DNA of 50,831 nucleotides from Chromera velia (Eukaryota), in contig JAHBMJ010000306.1 in the NCBI GenBank assembly GCA_018398765.1, forward strand, positions 1 through 50,831. Reading direction: 5' to 3'. Shown here in pieces: positions 1 to 12,735 of the stretch. Made by a program: the position numbers and the translations under genes. The stretch's first letter is position 1. Each line of letters begins with the position of its first letter. The notes under the pieces were generated by a model, which searched no databases, was not told the origin of the DNA, and saw only the letters and a program-made list of their open reading frames with translations.

Positions 1-417
<417 letters not shown>

Positions 418-814
418 TGGCTGTATGTCTTTATGCATCTGTACAGGTAAACACAGCCGGGTGTGCGTGTTGCCTTTCGTCTTTATGTTTGTTTGTCTGT
501 GCGTGCGTGTCTCTCAGTGGATCCATCCTTGCTTGCAAGGAAGTTGTGCATGTGTGTGTCTTTGTCTGATAGTTTGCATATGTCCGTGACTGGATCTATT
601 ACGATACGTGTGTGCTTTTGTGTATTTACATTTTCTGAGGGGGGGNNNNNNNNNNNNNNNNNNNNNNNNNNNNNNNNNNNNNNNNNNNNNNNNNNNNNNN
701 NNNNNNGGGGGGGCAGGGAAGCACATCTGTCCATCGATGTGAGGACAAAAGGGAATGCGAAGCACGAGTTAAGGCAGTGGCGTTCATGTTTTTATTGCAC
801 TGTTTGCTTTGCAG

Positions 815-3198
815 GGGGTTGGCGCATGCGTGTTGCGATTGCTCAGGCGTTGCTCGTGAGTCCCCGTCTCCTTCTGTTGGACGAACCGACAAACCACCTG
901 GACGTGCGAGCGTCTCTCTGGCTCTCAGACCGTCTCGCTAAGTCAGTACGGAATGTCAACAAGTGTTCTGCACTCACGCAGACAAAGGTTTGGCCATTTC
1001 TTGTTGTCTTCCACCTGCCGTTTGCGTTCCCATTTTCCCCCTCCCACTCTCACTCACCTTCCCCTCTTTCCTTTCTTCATTCCACCTCTCCTCACCGCCT
1101 TTCCATATGTTCTTTTTTGCCTTCCTGTTGCACGAACAGCACTCATGTGTCCTTCCTTGTTCGGCCAGGTACGACGAGCGTTCGTGTCTCCTCGTCGCAA
1201 GTCACGACGCAGACCTGCTCGACGAGGCTGCCACAGACTGTCTCCATCTGGAGAGCAGAGGGCTGAGACACTACAGAGGAGGATTCTCCGACCTCCTGGC
1301 TGCACGGGAGCAGCTGGTTGCGCAGAAGACCAAACAGGTGCAGAAGGAGGCAAAAGAGAAGGAAAAGGAAAAAGGAGGGAAGGGAAAGAATCAGGGGAAA
1401 GGGGGGAAAGCGGCCGTATCTAAGGATTCGGATGATGAGAACAGTAAAGGGGGTGCTCCTGAGATCTCTTTGAAGGCCTACAAAGTGAAATTTGATTTTA
1501 AAGGATGCGAGGACGAGGCAGACGACCCTGGTGTGGGTCTTTCTGTGCGTGACGTCTCCTTCACATATCCATCAGATGATCCCAAGAAAAGGAACCAAGC
1601 GATTTTTTCGAAGTTGAACTTTAGACTAGATGCCTCTTCGAAGGTTGCTTTGGTGGGAGCGAATGGCAGCGGAAAGTCGACTCTCTTGCGTCTCTTGGCT
1701 GGAGTGTTGGAGCCTTCGCAGGGGGAGGTTGAACATGGTCGGCAGCTGCGATTTGCCTTTTGTTCTCAACACTTTGAAGACGTATGGGGAGAGGAGGCGG
1801 AGAGACAGAAGGAGACACCCGTTGGATTTCTCTGCAAAAAACTGCAGGCGGAGGGGGGGGCAGGGGGTCGAAAGGGTGAGGAGGAGGCGCGAAAGCTTCT
1901 TGGCATGTTTGGACTGGAGGGGAAGAGCCATCTGGCACCCCTGTCGACCCTCTCAGGTCGGCATGGAGCTAGGCAGAAAAATTCTGTTCAGATGAAGTTC
2001 TTCCTTCATTCACAGCAGCCAGCAACAGCTAGGAGGAGAAGGAGCAGGAACAAGAGGGAATGAAGGGGCCTTGCACTCATTGGATCTTTCCCGTATGCCT
2101 TCGGGAGGAAGAGAGTGCAGAGAGACGTTTCGCGGGCGTCTCTTTTTTCCTCATTGTCGCTTTGTTTTGTTCAGCTCTTCATTCGTTGTCATTCCCTGTC
2201 TCTCGCTCGACCTACGTCGATCGCATCGAGTCCGTTGGGGACGAGAGTGAGAAGAAATCGATCGGTCGAGCCATGTGCCTCGACCCCACTTTTTCCATCC
2301 TTGCCTTTCTTTCTCCCTGGGCGTAGAGCTGCCGTCTCTTCTCCTCATTTTCAGCAGTGCATGCAGTGGGATAGATCCTGTATTTGTCTGGCCTGATTGG
2401 GGTGTCTTTCTGACTTGAGTATTCATTCTATCAAAAGAAGCAGGCGTGAAGTGGCTATGCTTCTCTCCTTTGTGGCGCATTCTCTTTTTCCTGCCGCAGG
2501 GGGTCAAAAGGCCAGGACCTCATTCGCAGCTGCTGCCGCCATCCGACCTCACCTTCTTCTTCTGGACGAACCGACGAATCACCTGGACATTGAAAGCATC
2601 GCCGCACTCGTCGACGCCCTCTGCGCCTTCCCTGGAGGTGTTGTGGTGGCCACACACGACGCACGGTTGATGAAGAGATTGGAAGCTGAGGTCTGCATGT
2701 TGGCAAAGAAAGAAAAAGGAAGAATCGTTCCATCCATGTGTCTCTCTGCAATCGGCAGGCTCTTTGTGCGTGTCTGCGGCGTACAAACAAATCTGCCTTC
2801 CGATTGGCTTTTTTCCTTGCGATTGGCTTTTTTCCTATCTGCTCGGTGAATGCTTGTCGGTCTGTCCGTCCGTCCATCCGTCCGTTCGTCGTCTATCCGA
2901 CTCGGTCTCTCTGTGCTTCTGTGTCGCCTATCCAGTGAGGTACTGGCATGCGCCGTCTTTCATCTTGCCTTCGCGCTCGATCCATCGAAATCGATCTGTA
3001 ATTCTGTCCATGCAGGTCTGGCTCTGTGGGGGTGGCGAGGCCAAACGCACACAGGGCGGCTTCGATGCATACCGTCGTGGTGTCCTGAGGGAGCTCCAGA
3101 CGGAGGCCGAGAGGGCAGAGCAAGAAGCAAAGAGAAAGAGATTCCTGAAGGAAAAGAGAAGACAAGCTGCACTCGAAAAGGCAAAAACCAAACGATGA
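815..3198 (+). CDS. ABC-F family ATPase (GCN20/ABCF-like), 5'-partial; exons 815-941, 1169-1956, 2500-2690, 3016-3198
   Basis: Two ABC cassettes and no TM segments. Motifs: [30 protein letters not shown], Walker [18 protein letters not shown] (split by an intron), [23 protein letters not shown] junctions keep phase. Confidence 0.93.
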
Positions 3199-3391
3199 AC
3201 AACGATGAAACGAAGAGAAGAACGATCGGGTAATATTTGTGATTTAAAACTGTAAAGAAAAAAATGATTGAAGAGTCTGTGTGCGATTGGCAAAAACGAT
3301 TTCTTCATGGCTAGAAGTACCGCAGTTTCTGTCTCTAGTTCTGTTTATTATAAGCATATTTAATTTATAGATATTTTAATGGTCTTTCATT

Positions 3392-3506
3392 TCCATCATC
3401 ATCATCATCATACGTCATCGCTAGTGTCATCGCCGTCCGTCCATTCTGAACTTCCAGCGTTCGACATGAGTCAGTCAGGGCACTGGGATCAGCCAGTCCT
3501 CCCCAC
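3392..3506 (-). mobile_element. 5'-truncated retroelement (SINE/LINE) 3' end with (GAT)n tail, copy 1
   Basis: Aligns with 27625-27745; on the minus strand it ends CGATGACGTATGATGATG...; a tail-only match lies at 19126-19159. Confidence 0.6.
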
Positions 3507-4448
3507 TGGCATATAGAGGCCATCTGAAATTTCATTTGAGTGTCAATGGCATGCAAGACCCCCCTCCCCACCTTCCGCCACAGCGGCACGCCGCCGCATG
3601 CAACCCCCCCCAAAAATTTGAAACCCTAGTTTTTTTGATTTAAAAATGTGTGCATGCATAAAAATACATGGTCATTGGTCGATCGAACCACGCGCGCGCG
3701 GGATCGCATTGATTCAAACTAATTCAAACTATGCACCGATGCATGCATACCCCAGCCCGAGGCACTCACCCAACAGTCTCAACTGGTTGGGTGTATCACA
3801 TATTATCTGTCAGTCAGTCAGTATAAGCTGGTCTTCAGCGGTCAAGTTAAAAAGGTGAATGCCTTAAAATGTTTCACAAAAAAACTCAAAGGTGGGTGCC
3901 TTGACTTTAATGCCGCAATATGATGTTTTATTTTTTTCAATTTATTCGGAATATTCCATCACCCTCCTAAGCTGCCGTACGCGTGCGAGTCTTTACGACT
4001 CTTTAAAAAAAATAAGAAAAAAAGTTGGACTTTTAGCAGAAAATCACGTACTTGATTAAGTATAAAGGAGCCAAAATTTCTGCTATATATACTGCATGAG
4101 CCGATCTGTGCTGCACTAGGTGCTGCATACCATGCAGCTAGACTTACTTCCGCGTGCAAGGCGCACGATCTAACTTATAGTTATATATTTTTAGACACAT
4201 GCACTGGGCGTCACAAATATTAAAAGTGCATATTAATATTTGTCCCACGGGTAGACCAGTCCTCTTCACGGGTCTTCGTTCGATCTTGCACATACCATGC
4301 TAGGCTTTTAGATCTCATTTTGCCTCTCTACCACTGTGTTTCATGCAGTAGAGTTTGATCCACTTTACTATTTGCGCTTGTGCAAGGGGAATTTATTAAT
4401 TTAAGATTTTTTTCAGAAAAAAATAAGCGTCCACCAGTGAAAAAGAGG

Positions 4449-5404
4449 ATGGGGTATATGAACTGCACAGCCAAAGTGTTGCTCGACATCGAGCCCGTCA
4501 GTAATGAAAATCAGACGTGTGTCTTTGGGAAGAAGTTCATGGTCCAACCAGGCCCCAACGCTGTGCCGAGGCTGAAGAACAAGATCTGGTCGTGGTCCGG
4601 GGACACATATAAGGTTGTCAACCTCCATGACCCCGATCGTCCTATTTTTAACGTGAAAAGTAAAGCCTTGTCGTGGACCGACAAACGCATCGTGTTTGAC
4701 TTCAATGGTTTTGGAGTTGACCTTGTTCCGATCTTCATGATGAAGGAGAAGGTGATGCAGTGGGGTGACAAGCAGACGATCTCCTCGCTGAAGAAAAACG
4801 ACCAGGGAAAGCTGGTAGAGGATCAGGTGATCTTTAAGGTGGCGTCGAACTGCGGAAACACCAAACAGTGGGTGATCGATCTAAAGAACCAGATAGGCCA
4901 AGAGCTAAAGATCTGCATAAGCATATCCCTCATAAGTGCTAAAGGAGGTGTTTATCTGAGAGATCATGACCCAATGACCAGAAAACCCATTGCCAAGGTT
5001 GGACAGCATTCAAATTGGTGATTGGAATACATGGCATGCAGGGTTATCATATCATCACATATCTTTTCTTTTGCCGTTCTTGTTGGCATACCATGAAAGA
5101 CGTTATGATCATACCCCTAGAGTAGAAGAAGCTGCTCGAGACCTACATAGAACTGCTACATGTCATGCTGCGAAAAGACACATAACATACATGTATGTAT
5201 ATGTTTATGTAATGATGATGTATGCATGTATATCTTCTTTTGGTTATGCTTTTTGCAGGTGTGCTCCCCCCCACAATGGAAGAACGTGCTAAGTGCAGAT
5301 GACTACTGTATGACAGTGTCGAGATCGACGCCCCTGGCGTGGACATGGCCCTTGTCCTCTCCCTGGTCCTCGCATACGAAAAGATAGAGCAGTCCTACGA
5401 CTAA
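4449..5404 (+). CDS. LURP-one-related (tubby C-terminal/scramblase-like) protein; exons 4449-4997 and 5259-5404; apparent frameshift near 5307-5317, possible pseudogene
   Basis: LKNKIWSWSGDTYKV..FNVKSKALSWTDKR matches the LOR N-terminal pattern. The family C-terminal motif VEIDAPGVDMALVLSLVL is present but in a shifted frame. Intron 4998-5258 is GT-AG. Confidence 0.75.
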
Positions 5405-5921
5405 GGGTTGGACTGCTCTGGTACCAGCTGGCACCAGGTCCTTGAGTACGTGGGGCAATCAGTTCATTCAGGGCCGTTCCGCTTTTTTGGCTCTGGCGGC
5501 AGCAGGAAAAAAGTAATCAAGTGTAAAAAAGCGAGCCGGGAAGGAGACGTCTCTTTTTTCGTGGTGCAGTGGCAACAACTAGACAGCGCGTATGAAGAAA
5601 TACTTAACCTGCTGCATAATTTCTCTAGATAATTCCTAGCATAATTCACTGTTGAAAGGGCTTAATTCTCCTTCTTGTGGCAGACCAGTGGGCCTAACCA
5701 AAACAGGCCGGGCGCTTAAACCGAGAGCTGCAATATGCGAATGCATGCGATCTCAGGGCCTCTCGGCTGATCTCAGCAAAGCTGAGCTACCCTCCGAGGC
5801 GATAGATGCATGACAGTAAAAATATTATTAATCCATAAAAATTAATAAATGTAAATTGAAAGATAAAACAAGTTTGAAGTTTCTTAAATTCTTTCTTGGA
5901 AGCTTCCATGATTGCTTCCAT

Positions 5922-6089
5922 TACCCTGCAAGTTTGAGTCATTAATTTAGATGAGTAATTTAAAGTAATTTAGAGTAATTTAGCTTAATTAGTAATTTAA
6001 AGTAATTTAGAGTAATTTAAAGTAATTTAGAATAGTAAACTAAAGTAATTTGGAAAGCTAAATTACTAATTTTAGTCAAACTTTGGAGG
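5922..6089. mobile_element. MITE-like element with internal ~10-bp tandem repeats
   Basis: Imperfect terminal inverted repeats CCCTGCAAGTTTGA (5924-5937) and TCAAACTTTGGAGG (6076-6089); internal TA(A/G)AGTAATT repeats. Confidence 0.55.
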
Positions 6090-6852
6090 TCGATTTCTCG
6101 TGAACCATAAAAAGTTAGACGTTCAAACTAACAGTGCTTATAGACGTATACAAGAGCTATATATATTGTTAGTATAATTAAACGTCTAACTTTTTATACA
6201 AGGGGCGACCTCTATAAGACAAAATGGCGGTAGTTCTCTAAGGCACCACTAATCACTAATCACTAATCACTTGTTATATCTTGATGGAGGTCATCATCGA
6301 AAAGCAAAAAAAAAAAAAAAAAAGCCCTGGAGACCATTTTTTTTTTGTTTTTTTTTTTTTGAAAATCACCCCTAGCCGTGTCGGTAGGTAGACATTGGAT
6401 AGCCTTATGAAACATTGGATTGGATGATCCAATGTACGGTATTATGTACCGCTCTACCATTAAAACTACCAACTCTCACACGTCATTGAACGGTCATTCC
6501 TCTTTCGATAACCAAAAATTAATCAATCAATAGAATAAATCTAAGAATAAATTAAAATAAGATTAAAAATAAGATTAATCTACTTAGATTCTACTAATTT
6601 TTAGTACTAAAGATTCGTTAAAATATTTTCTTAGCTGTATGATTCTGAGCAGAGAATAGCACAGAAGTTTGGGTTTATTCAGTACTACTTTTCAGAATAA
6701 TAGCATTTAATACCAAATTCACTGGTCAATTCATGATTCGATCTATAGTATATAATAGTCTACTAGTAGAATTTATTTGATTTGCAAATTAAAGTTATAA
6801 TTATTAAACCTTCTGCTTATGTATACTTACATATAGCTTTTGTGAGTAGTGT

Positions 6853-9800
6853 CTATGTGGCTGTTCGTTGACTTCGTTCATCCTCACGGTCTTGTTCCTC
6901 TGGAGATCTTGTCTCCCCCTCCTGGGTGTCCGCTCTCTGGAGTTCTTCTGCCCTTTCCTCCTCTGAACGCCTCTTCTCCTCCGCCTGTCGGGTTCTCTCC
7001 TCTTTCCTGTCTGAACGGTCTCTGCAAGGAAATCGAACAGAAGACAAGAGACGCCGCATCCTGCGATCATGCAATGGGAGCCCTCAAGCTGTCTGAGGTT
7101 CGGTTCTCTCTTCCTTGCTTTTGGTAGGGTAAAAGGAAACAGAAAAGGACAGCACATCAATCAGTCGATTGCTTCCGTCCAACATGCTTTCCCGCTGATG
7201 GAAGGACCCATCTCCTATCCTTCATCCTTTCTTCCTTCCTTCCCAACATGTTTTAGTCTCGTCTGCCCACGTTCAAGAAGAAGACCCATCTCCCGCCAAC
7301 TGAAGCCGATCATCCACTGTGGGACGCTTCTAGCCCAGTGAAAAGCAAGCAGACAAACAAGCACGAACAAACGAAAAGAAAAGAAAGTAAAAAGCAACAA
7401 ACCTCCAGCACGCGAGAAAGATCGGGAGGAGCACCGGCAGAAGCAGAGGAAGATACACGGCCGCTCTGCAGAAACAAACACAAAAGGACAGAAAGTCAAG
7501 AAGACAGACAGATGAACCGCCGCAGAAAAATTCGTCAGAAAAAAAAAAAAAACAGAAAAATCGAATTCCGGCCAAGGCAGAGGCAGGCCACCAAACGAAG
7601 GAAGAAAACCATGCATGAAAGTGTGCGTATGCTTACTTTCCCACACCCTTTCCCTCCCTCCCTCCCTCCCTCCCTGTCTGCCCACTTGAATTCCACCGAG
7701 AAGTGCGTCTCTGACATCATGGAGTCGTCGTGCAGAGCCTGCATGCCATCAAGGAGGGAGGGAGGGAGACAATTGATACGGAAACAAACAAGCAAGCAAA
7801 CGGTGAGAGGAAGGTGAATTAAAAGGAAATCATAGGAAGTGCAGATTCATCAAAAGAAGTGTTCGAAGGTGCGGAGACAGACCGAGTCGGAATCTTTCTT
7901 ATTCAGTAGACGGGAGAAGATAGTTAAGATAACTGCTTATTCCTTTCCACCCTTACAGACCACCCTTCTCCTCTGCCCGCCTGCCTGCCTGACCTCATGT
8001 GCGTCCTGATCAGCCCCCCTCAGGTGTGTGAGGACCACGTTGAGGTCGGACGGTCCGCCTTCCTGCCTCTCCCCTTCGTTTTCCTCCGCGTCTCCCGAAC
8101 CCCTCCCCTCCTCTTTTCCTGACACACCATAATCCCCCCCCCCACTTCCCTCTGCATCCCCCCCTCCAAAACTGCCGTCTTCCTCCTCAAGCCAGAAGCC
8201 GTTCTGCTCGGGCCGTTTTGCCCCCATAGACCCCAACGCAATGTTCAGCTTGTCCAGTGCACTCTGCATGTGCTCATTTTATTTTTGGTTGTATGAAAGC
8301 AAGGAATCGAGTTTGAAGGTTGTATGAAAGCAAGGAATCGAGTTTGAAGGTTGTATGAAAGCAAGGAATCGAGTTTGAAGGTTCTATGAAAGCAAGGAAT
8401 CGAGTTTGAAGGTTGTATGAAAGCAAGGAATCGAGTTTGAAGGTTGCATGAAAGCAAGGAATCGAGTTTGAAGGTTGTATGTAAGCAAGGAATCGAGTTT
8501 GAAGGTTGTATGAAAGCAAGGAATCGAGTTTGAAGGTTGTATGAAAGCAAGGAATCGAGTTTGAAGGTTGCATGATAGCAAGGCATCGAGTTTGAAGGTT
8601 GTATGAAAGCAAGGAATCGAGTTTGAAGGGAGGGAGGTTTATCGATGCTCTATCTGCCCGACACAATCTCTCTGCATTTATTAATCCAAACAAAAAAAAC
8701 TGTCTCGAAACGAAGCGTCGAAAGGAAGAGAGCACCACCTCAAAAAGGAATCGATAGTAGATCGAGCAAACAATCCGGTCAAATGCTGCACGCACAACAG
8801 AGGACCGACCCACGCAGCACCCCCAAATCCACATCACCCACCTACCCACCCGCATAGCACGACCAATCCTCTCCTCGATTACGACCTCATCATGTTTCCT
8901 GATCAGCTGCTGCAGTTTTCTCAGTTTTGTGCTTGCACGCACAGCCCATTCCCGAATCACCAAACGAAGCAGACACAAAATCTCCCACCCCGCAAAACCC
9001 AGACCCTCGAGACCGGACACATACACGACAGGCCGCTGTCTCCCATCCCCTTTTCCCTTTTCTCCCTCTCCATAAGAGTCATCAATGTATAAGGCCGCAT
9101 CGAGTGTCCCGGAAAGCACGTCATCCTCCTGCCATCCAGACAAGCCGGAGGCACTCGCGGAAGATTTCGAAGACACAAAACGAAGACGAGGGCCTGTACC
9201 GTCTCCGTCTCCCTCCAACTCCCGCGCCTCCGCTTCTTCAGCGTCTTTCTGCAGTGCGGAGGGGAGATAGAGGTCGAAGGTCCCGATCTCTTTGCTTCTC
9301 TTTGCCTTCTTGGAAGCATCCGCGTTAGACACCAAGTCCTTCTTCGACTTCCCGCCTTTCCGCTTAGGGGGCCGGGGGGGAGACACGACAGAGATGCCTG
9401 GGTGACTCACAGGAAAGCCGTAGACCTGTCTCAACTGACAAAGCCAAGCCGCAACAACGGAACGAAGCCACGCATGCCGCCCCCCTCCTCCTCCTCCTGC
9501 CTCTGAGCTCCTTCGACGAAACCCTGAGGCCTCCTCTCGCATTTTCAGAACCTGCACGGGAGGACGCACACAGCACATCTGTGTACAGACACTATCTCTC
9601 ACACCCTCCTATATAAACACATATGTATCCGCACACACAGGTGAGTTTTTGTCCAAAAATTATTGTCTCTAGGGGGATGAATGCGAGCCTTCTGTATCGT
9701 ATCTGCCTTCCTCCTGCACGTTACCCTCCGCGTCCCCGATCTGAAGGGGCGGGCCCACTGGTCCTCCGGCAACTATGAGAGACGACACTGGCTTCAATAG

Positions 9801-12332
9801 GGGGCTCTCTGAAGAAGTACTCAGGTTGCTTTTCCCTCATCTTCTACCGTCCACTCACTTTACAGAATGTTGAATAATTCCCTCCCGACCCCTCTTCCCC
9901 CTCTGTTGTCTGCCCCGTGGCTGGAGATTGTGAATGGCGTCCGCCTGCCTCCTCTCCCAACGGACGCACAACTGTCAAAGCCCCCCACCCTGCAGACAGG
10001 AAGAAAGGGGGAAAGCACGAGAGAAATGACACATGTAACGGAGTCAGATTTCAAGGGGGGGCAGAGGGTTTTGAGAGAGGAAGGATGCTTAGCAAAGACT
10101 CCAAAGGCAGAACTGGTTGCTCCACACTGAAATGGAAACCTCTGAACATCTCCGTATGTCATAGAGGTCTTGTTCCTCTTCACCCCCCTCGACTGCCCCT
10201 CCCTTCCTCCCTTCCCACCAGGTATTTGCAGAGCGTTGTGGAGTGCTCCTTCGGAGTCCCTCATTCTCAAAGGTCCGCCCTCTCTCTCTCCCTCAGTAGA
10301 GAAAGAGGAAGGAGAGGGCGAGAAAACGGCCAGGTTGACCACATGCGGAGGTCTGTGGGAGGGACGACCGAGTGCCTCTCCTGCAAAGCAACACAATGAA
10401 ATGGAATTTTGTGGCTGAATTGTTGCACTTTTTGTCATAAAATCACGCCCAGTACCGCCAATAAGGCAATGAGCGCACAGAAGTCAAAACAGCGTTGCGG
10501 AAAGCGACAGAGGCGGGAGGGAGGGAGGGAGGGAGAGCACTATCTTGAAGCACAACGTTCCCCTTCCTTTCCTCAGCGTCTTGTCTGCATGTGGAAAAGG
10601 AAAAATGGAGAGGACCCAACAAAGCCAGAACAGGACACACAGCTGTCCTCCCTCAGCTCTCTGTTCATGAAGAGAGAGAGAGAAGCATCATAGGAAGGTA
10701 GGTAGACCTGACACACCACACACAAACATCCCCCCCTTCCCCTGGTCACTCACTACACTCGCTGACCTGCGTCCCATTCACTAGCCGCAGAAAGGAATTG
10801 AGACATATCAGCGGCATCCAGAACCTGATCAATCACAGGCAGGCAACGAAAGGGGAAGTGGGAGGAACAAGTGAACGAAAGAAAGAACATCCTCAGTGAT
10901 AAATGTGGAACGCACGGTTCAATTCTTTTTGCTCTCTCCTATCCCGTCTGCCCTGCTTTCCTCAGCTTGGAGAGAGAGAAACAGGCAAAGAAAGAAGACT
11001 CGCGGATATCCACAAATGACTACCTAAATTTAAACAGCATTCAAATTGTGGAAAAAGACAGCCCAACCTGACCACCCAAGTGCGCAACTGCATCCAACCC
11101 ACACACCCACTGATGACCCCCAGTCCCACCCAATCGACTTGCACTCCACACCTACCCTTGTGACTTTGTCGGAATCCCGCACAGGTGCATTCACCGACAG
11201 AGCACCGCTGGTCACAATCTAAAGAGGTGCATACAGCAGGAAGAGAAGAAGAGGGGGGCAGAAACTGTGTGGGCAAAAAAATTAAATGAGAGAGAGAGGA
11301 GCGGTGGCGAGTCAGCTGCGAACTCTGAGCGGACTTGACGGATTCATTCTGCCTCTCTTTCCCTCTCTGCACCAGGGGCAGCAAGGGACCTCTGGCACAG
11401 TCTCTTCTTTTCTTTCGAGAAGGGAAAGACATGCATGAACGAGACTACGCAGAAAGGGAAATCGCTTAACGAAAGAAGAGAAGAGAGAAAAAAAAAACAA
11501 AAGAAGCCAAGGTACTCACCTTTGACTGCAGGTGAAGATCGAACACGGCCGACAGTTGCACGAGCACATGATTCAGGAAAGGCGCCTGTACCTCCTCTCT
11601 GAAATCCACAAACTCCCTTCCTTCTCCGACAACCCAAAAGGACAGCTGTTGAGTTGGCGTCATCTCTGTTGGAGGTTGCTTTGCTTCTCTGTACCACACA
11701 CGATGGAGTGCCGAAACAACACCCTGAAGGGACGAGGCGGTAAACCCCGTCTGGGGGACCACTAGTAACGCACTAATAGATGGATCGAAAGCCATCCAGG
11801 GCCTCTCAATCTCTCCAGTTCTATCCACATGAATGAACAAATAGTTAGCCGCAATCAACTCTGTTTCTCTTGTCGTACCTGACCCCCAAGTCTGTTCAGA
11901 CCAGTCAGATATCATGTGGTACAAACGTATCAAATCTCCACCAGCCAGACCATCCGTGCTCGCACAAACTCTTTCCAGGGTTGAAATCGCTGACTGGTCC
12001 CTTGCAAACAAATTTCCCATTCCCGTCTCCGCAACGCGAACAAAAAAAGGATCCCCCGGATGGGGACCACTCGGCGATCCTACGGCCTCTTTCAGCCGCC
12101 TCACAGCCTTTTGATCCCCCCCCTCACAGAGTGCAACGGCGTGCAGGTCAAACGGTACGTTGGGTGAAGCCAGGAGACCCCTGACCAGTTGCTGCATATG
12201 CCAAACGTCCAGGGAAGGGAAGCGCTCCCTCCTCACACTTGTCGTCACATTCCAAAAAACCAAAATCACAAAAGCCCAAAACACATAAGACCACAGTGCG
12301 AAGCGACGCGACTTCTCACTGTCCTGGAACAT
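6853..12332 (-). CDS. PIGS: GPI transamidase subunit PIG-S/Gpi17; exons 12332-11520, 11218-11156, 10824-10767, 10380-10219, 9989-9859, 9551-8850, 8263-7994, 7738-7686, 7465-7403, 7021-6853
   Basis: PIG-S motifs in the expected order: N-terminal TM then WNVTTSVRRERFP; FLSAASEW; NALQIPGWG; WLCQLRQVYG; WEILCL..L..L..LI..VVI; ALHDDSMMSETHF..EFKAAVYLPLLLPV with a C-terminal TM. All junctions are GT-AG and in phase. An extra exon near 9700-9840 cannot be excluded. Confidence 0.88.
8288..8629. repeat. 31-bp minisatellite, 11 copies, in a PIG-S intron
   Basis: Unit GTTGTATGAAAGCAAGGAATCGAGTTTGAAG; the GTATG register falls at 8291, 8322, 8353 ... 8601, with few substitutions and no spacers. Confidence 0.97.
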
Positions 12333-12649
12333 GGGTCCTCTTCTGAATGCTCCTTGATGGAGTTCAACTGGATTCGTCGAGTCCGACAGGGCCCCCCAGA
12401 AGGACAACAGTACAGGGTCTAGGGAGTTGAAGAAAGTGAACCGGCTTCGTGAAGATGGCTGACTGCACATGCGATATCAGGCGATGCCAATGAATTAATT
12501 CATCGCATGACGAACAGATGATGGACAGTCCATGAGAACAACGCAAAGCTGGAACAAGCTGGAACACTTGAAGATGCTGGAAGTATCCTGAAGGTTCCTC
12601 AAGATTTCCCGTCTCCTGCAATGTAGCTCGGACAGTTGACCCCGGCCGG

Positions 12650-12735
12650 AGCTACATGCATGCCGCTGGCCGCCGTGGCCGGACCCCATGCAATTATATA
12701 ATATATGCCCGCGGGCCGGTCTGCGCGGGTTCAGT
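12650..12735. promoter_or_regulatory. Candidate bidirectional promoter core between PIG-S and the plastid-targeted gene
   Basis: GC-rich island with CATGCATG and GCGCGGGTTCA between divergent starts at 12332 and 13024. Confidence 0.45.

Noticed and set aside
4245..4292. tRNA or tRNA-derived element (GTTCGATC B-box-like)
   Set aside because: I could not build a cloverleaf or find a convincing A box.
5308..5316. 9-nt GT..AG micro-intron (GTATGACAG) as the fix for the LURP frameshift
   Set aside because: Removing 9 nt does not change frame, and it is too short for a spliceosomal intron.
8288..8629. CRISPR array (31-bp repeats ending ..TTGAAG)
   Set aside because: Units are directly adjacent with no unique spacers, there are no cas genes, and the array lies in a eukaryotic intron.
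8274..8849. Repetitive C-terminus (FKLDSLLSYNLQTR..) of ORF 8274..9602
   Set aside because: Read-through into an intron; PIG-S similarity stops at the donor at 8849 and resumes at 8263.
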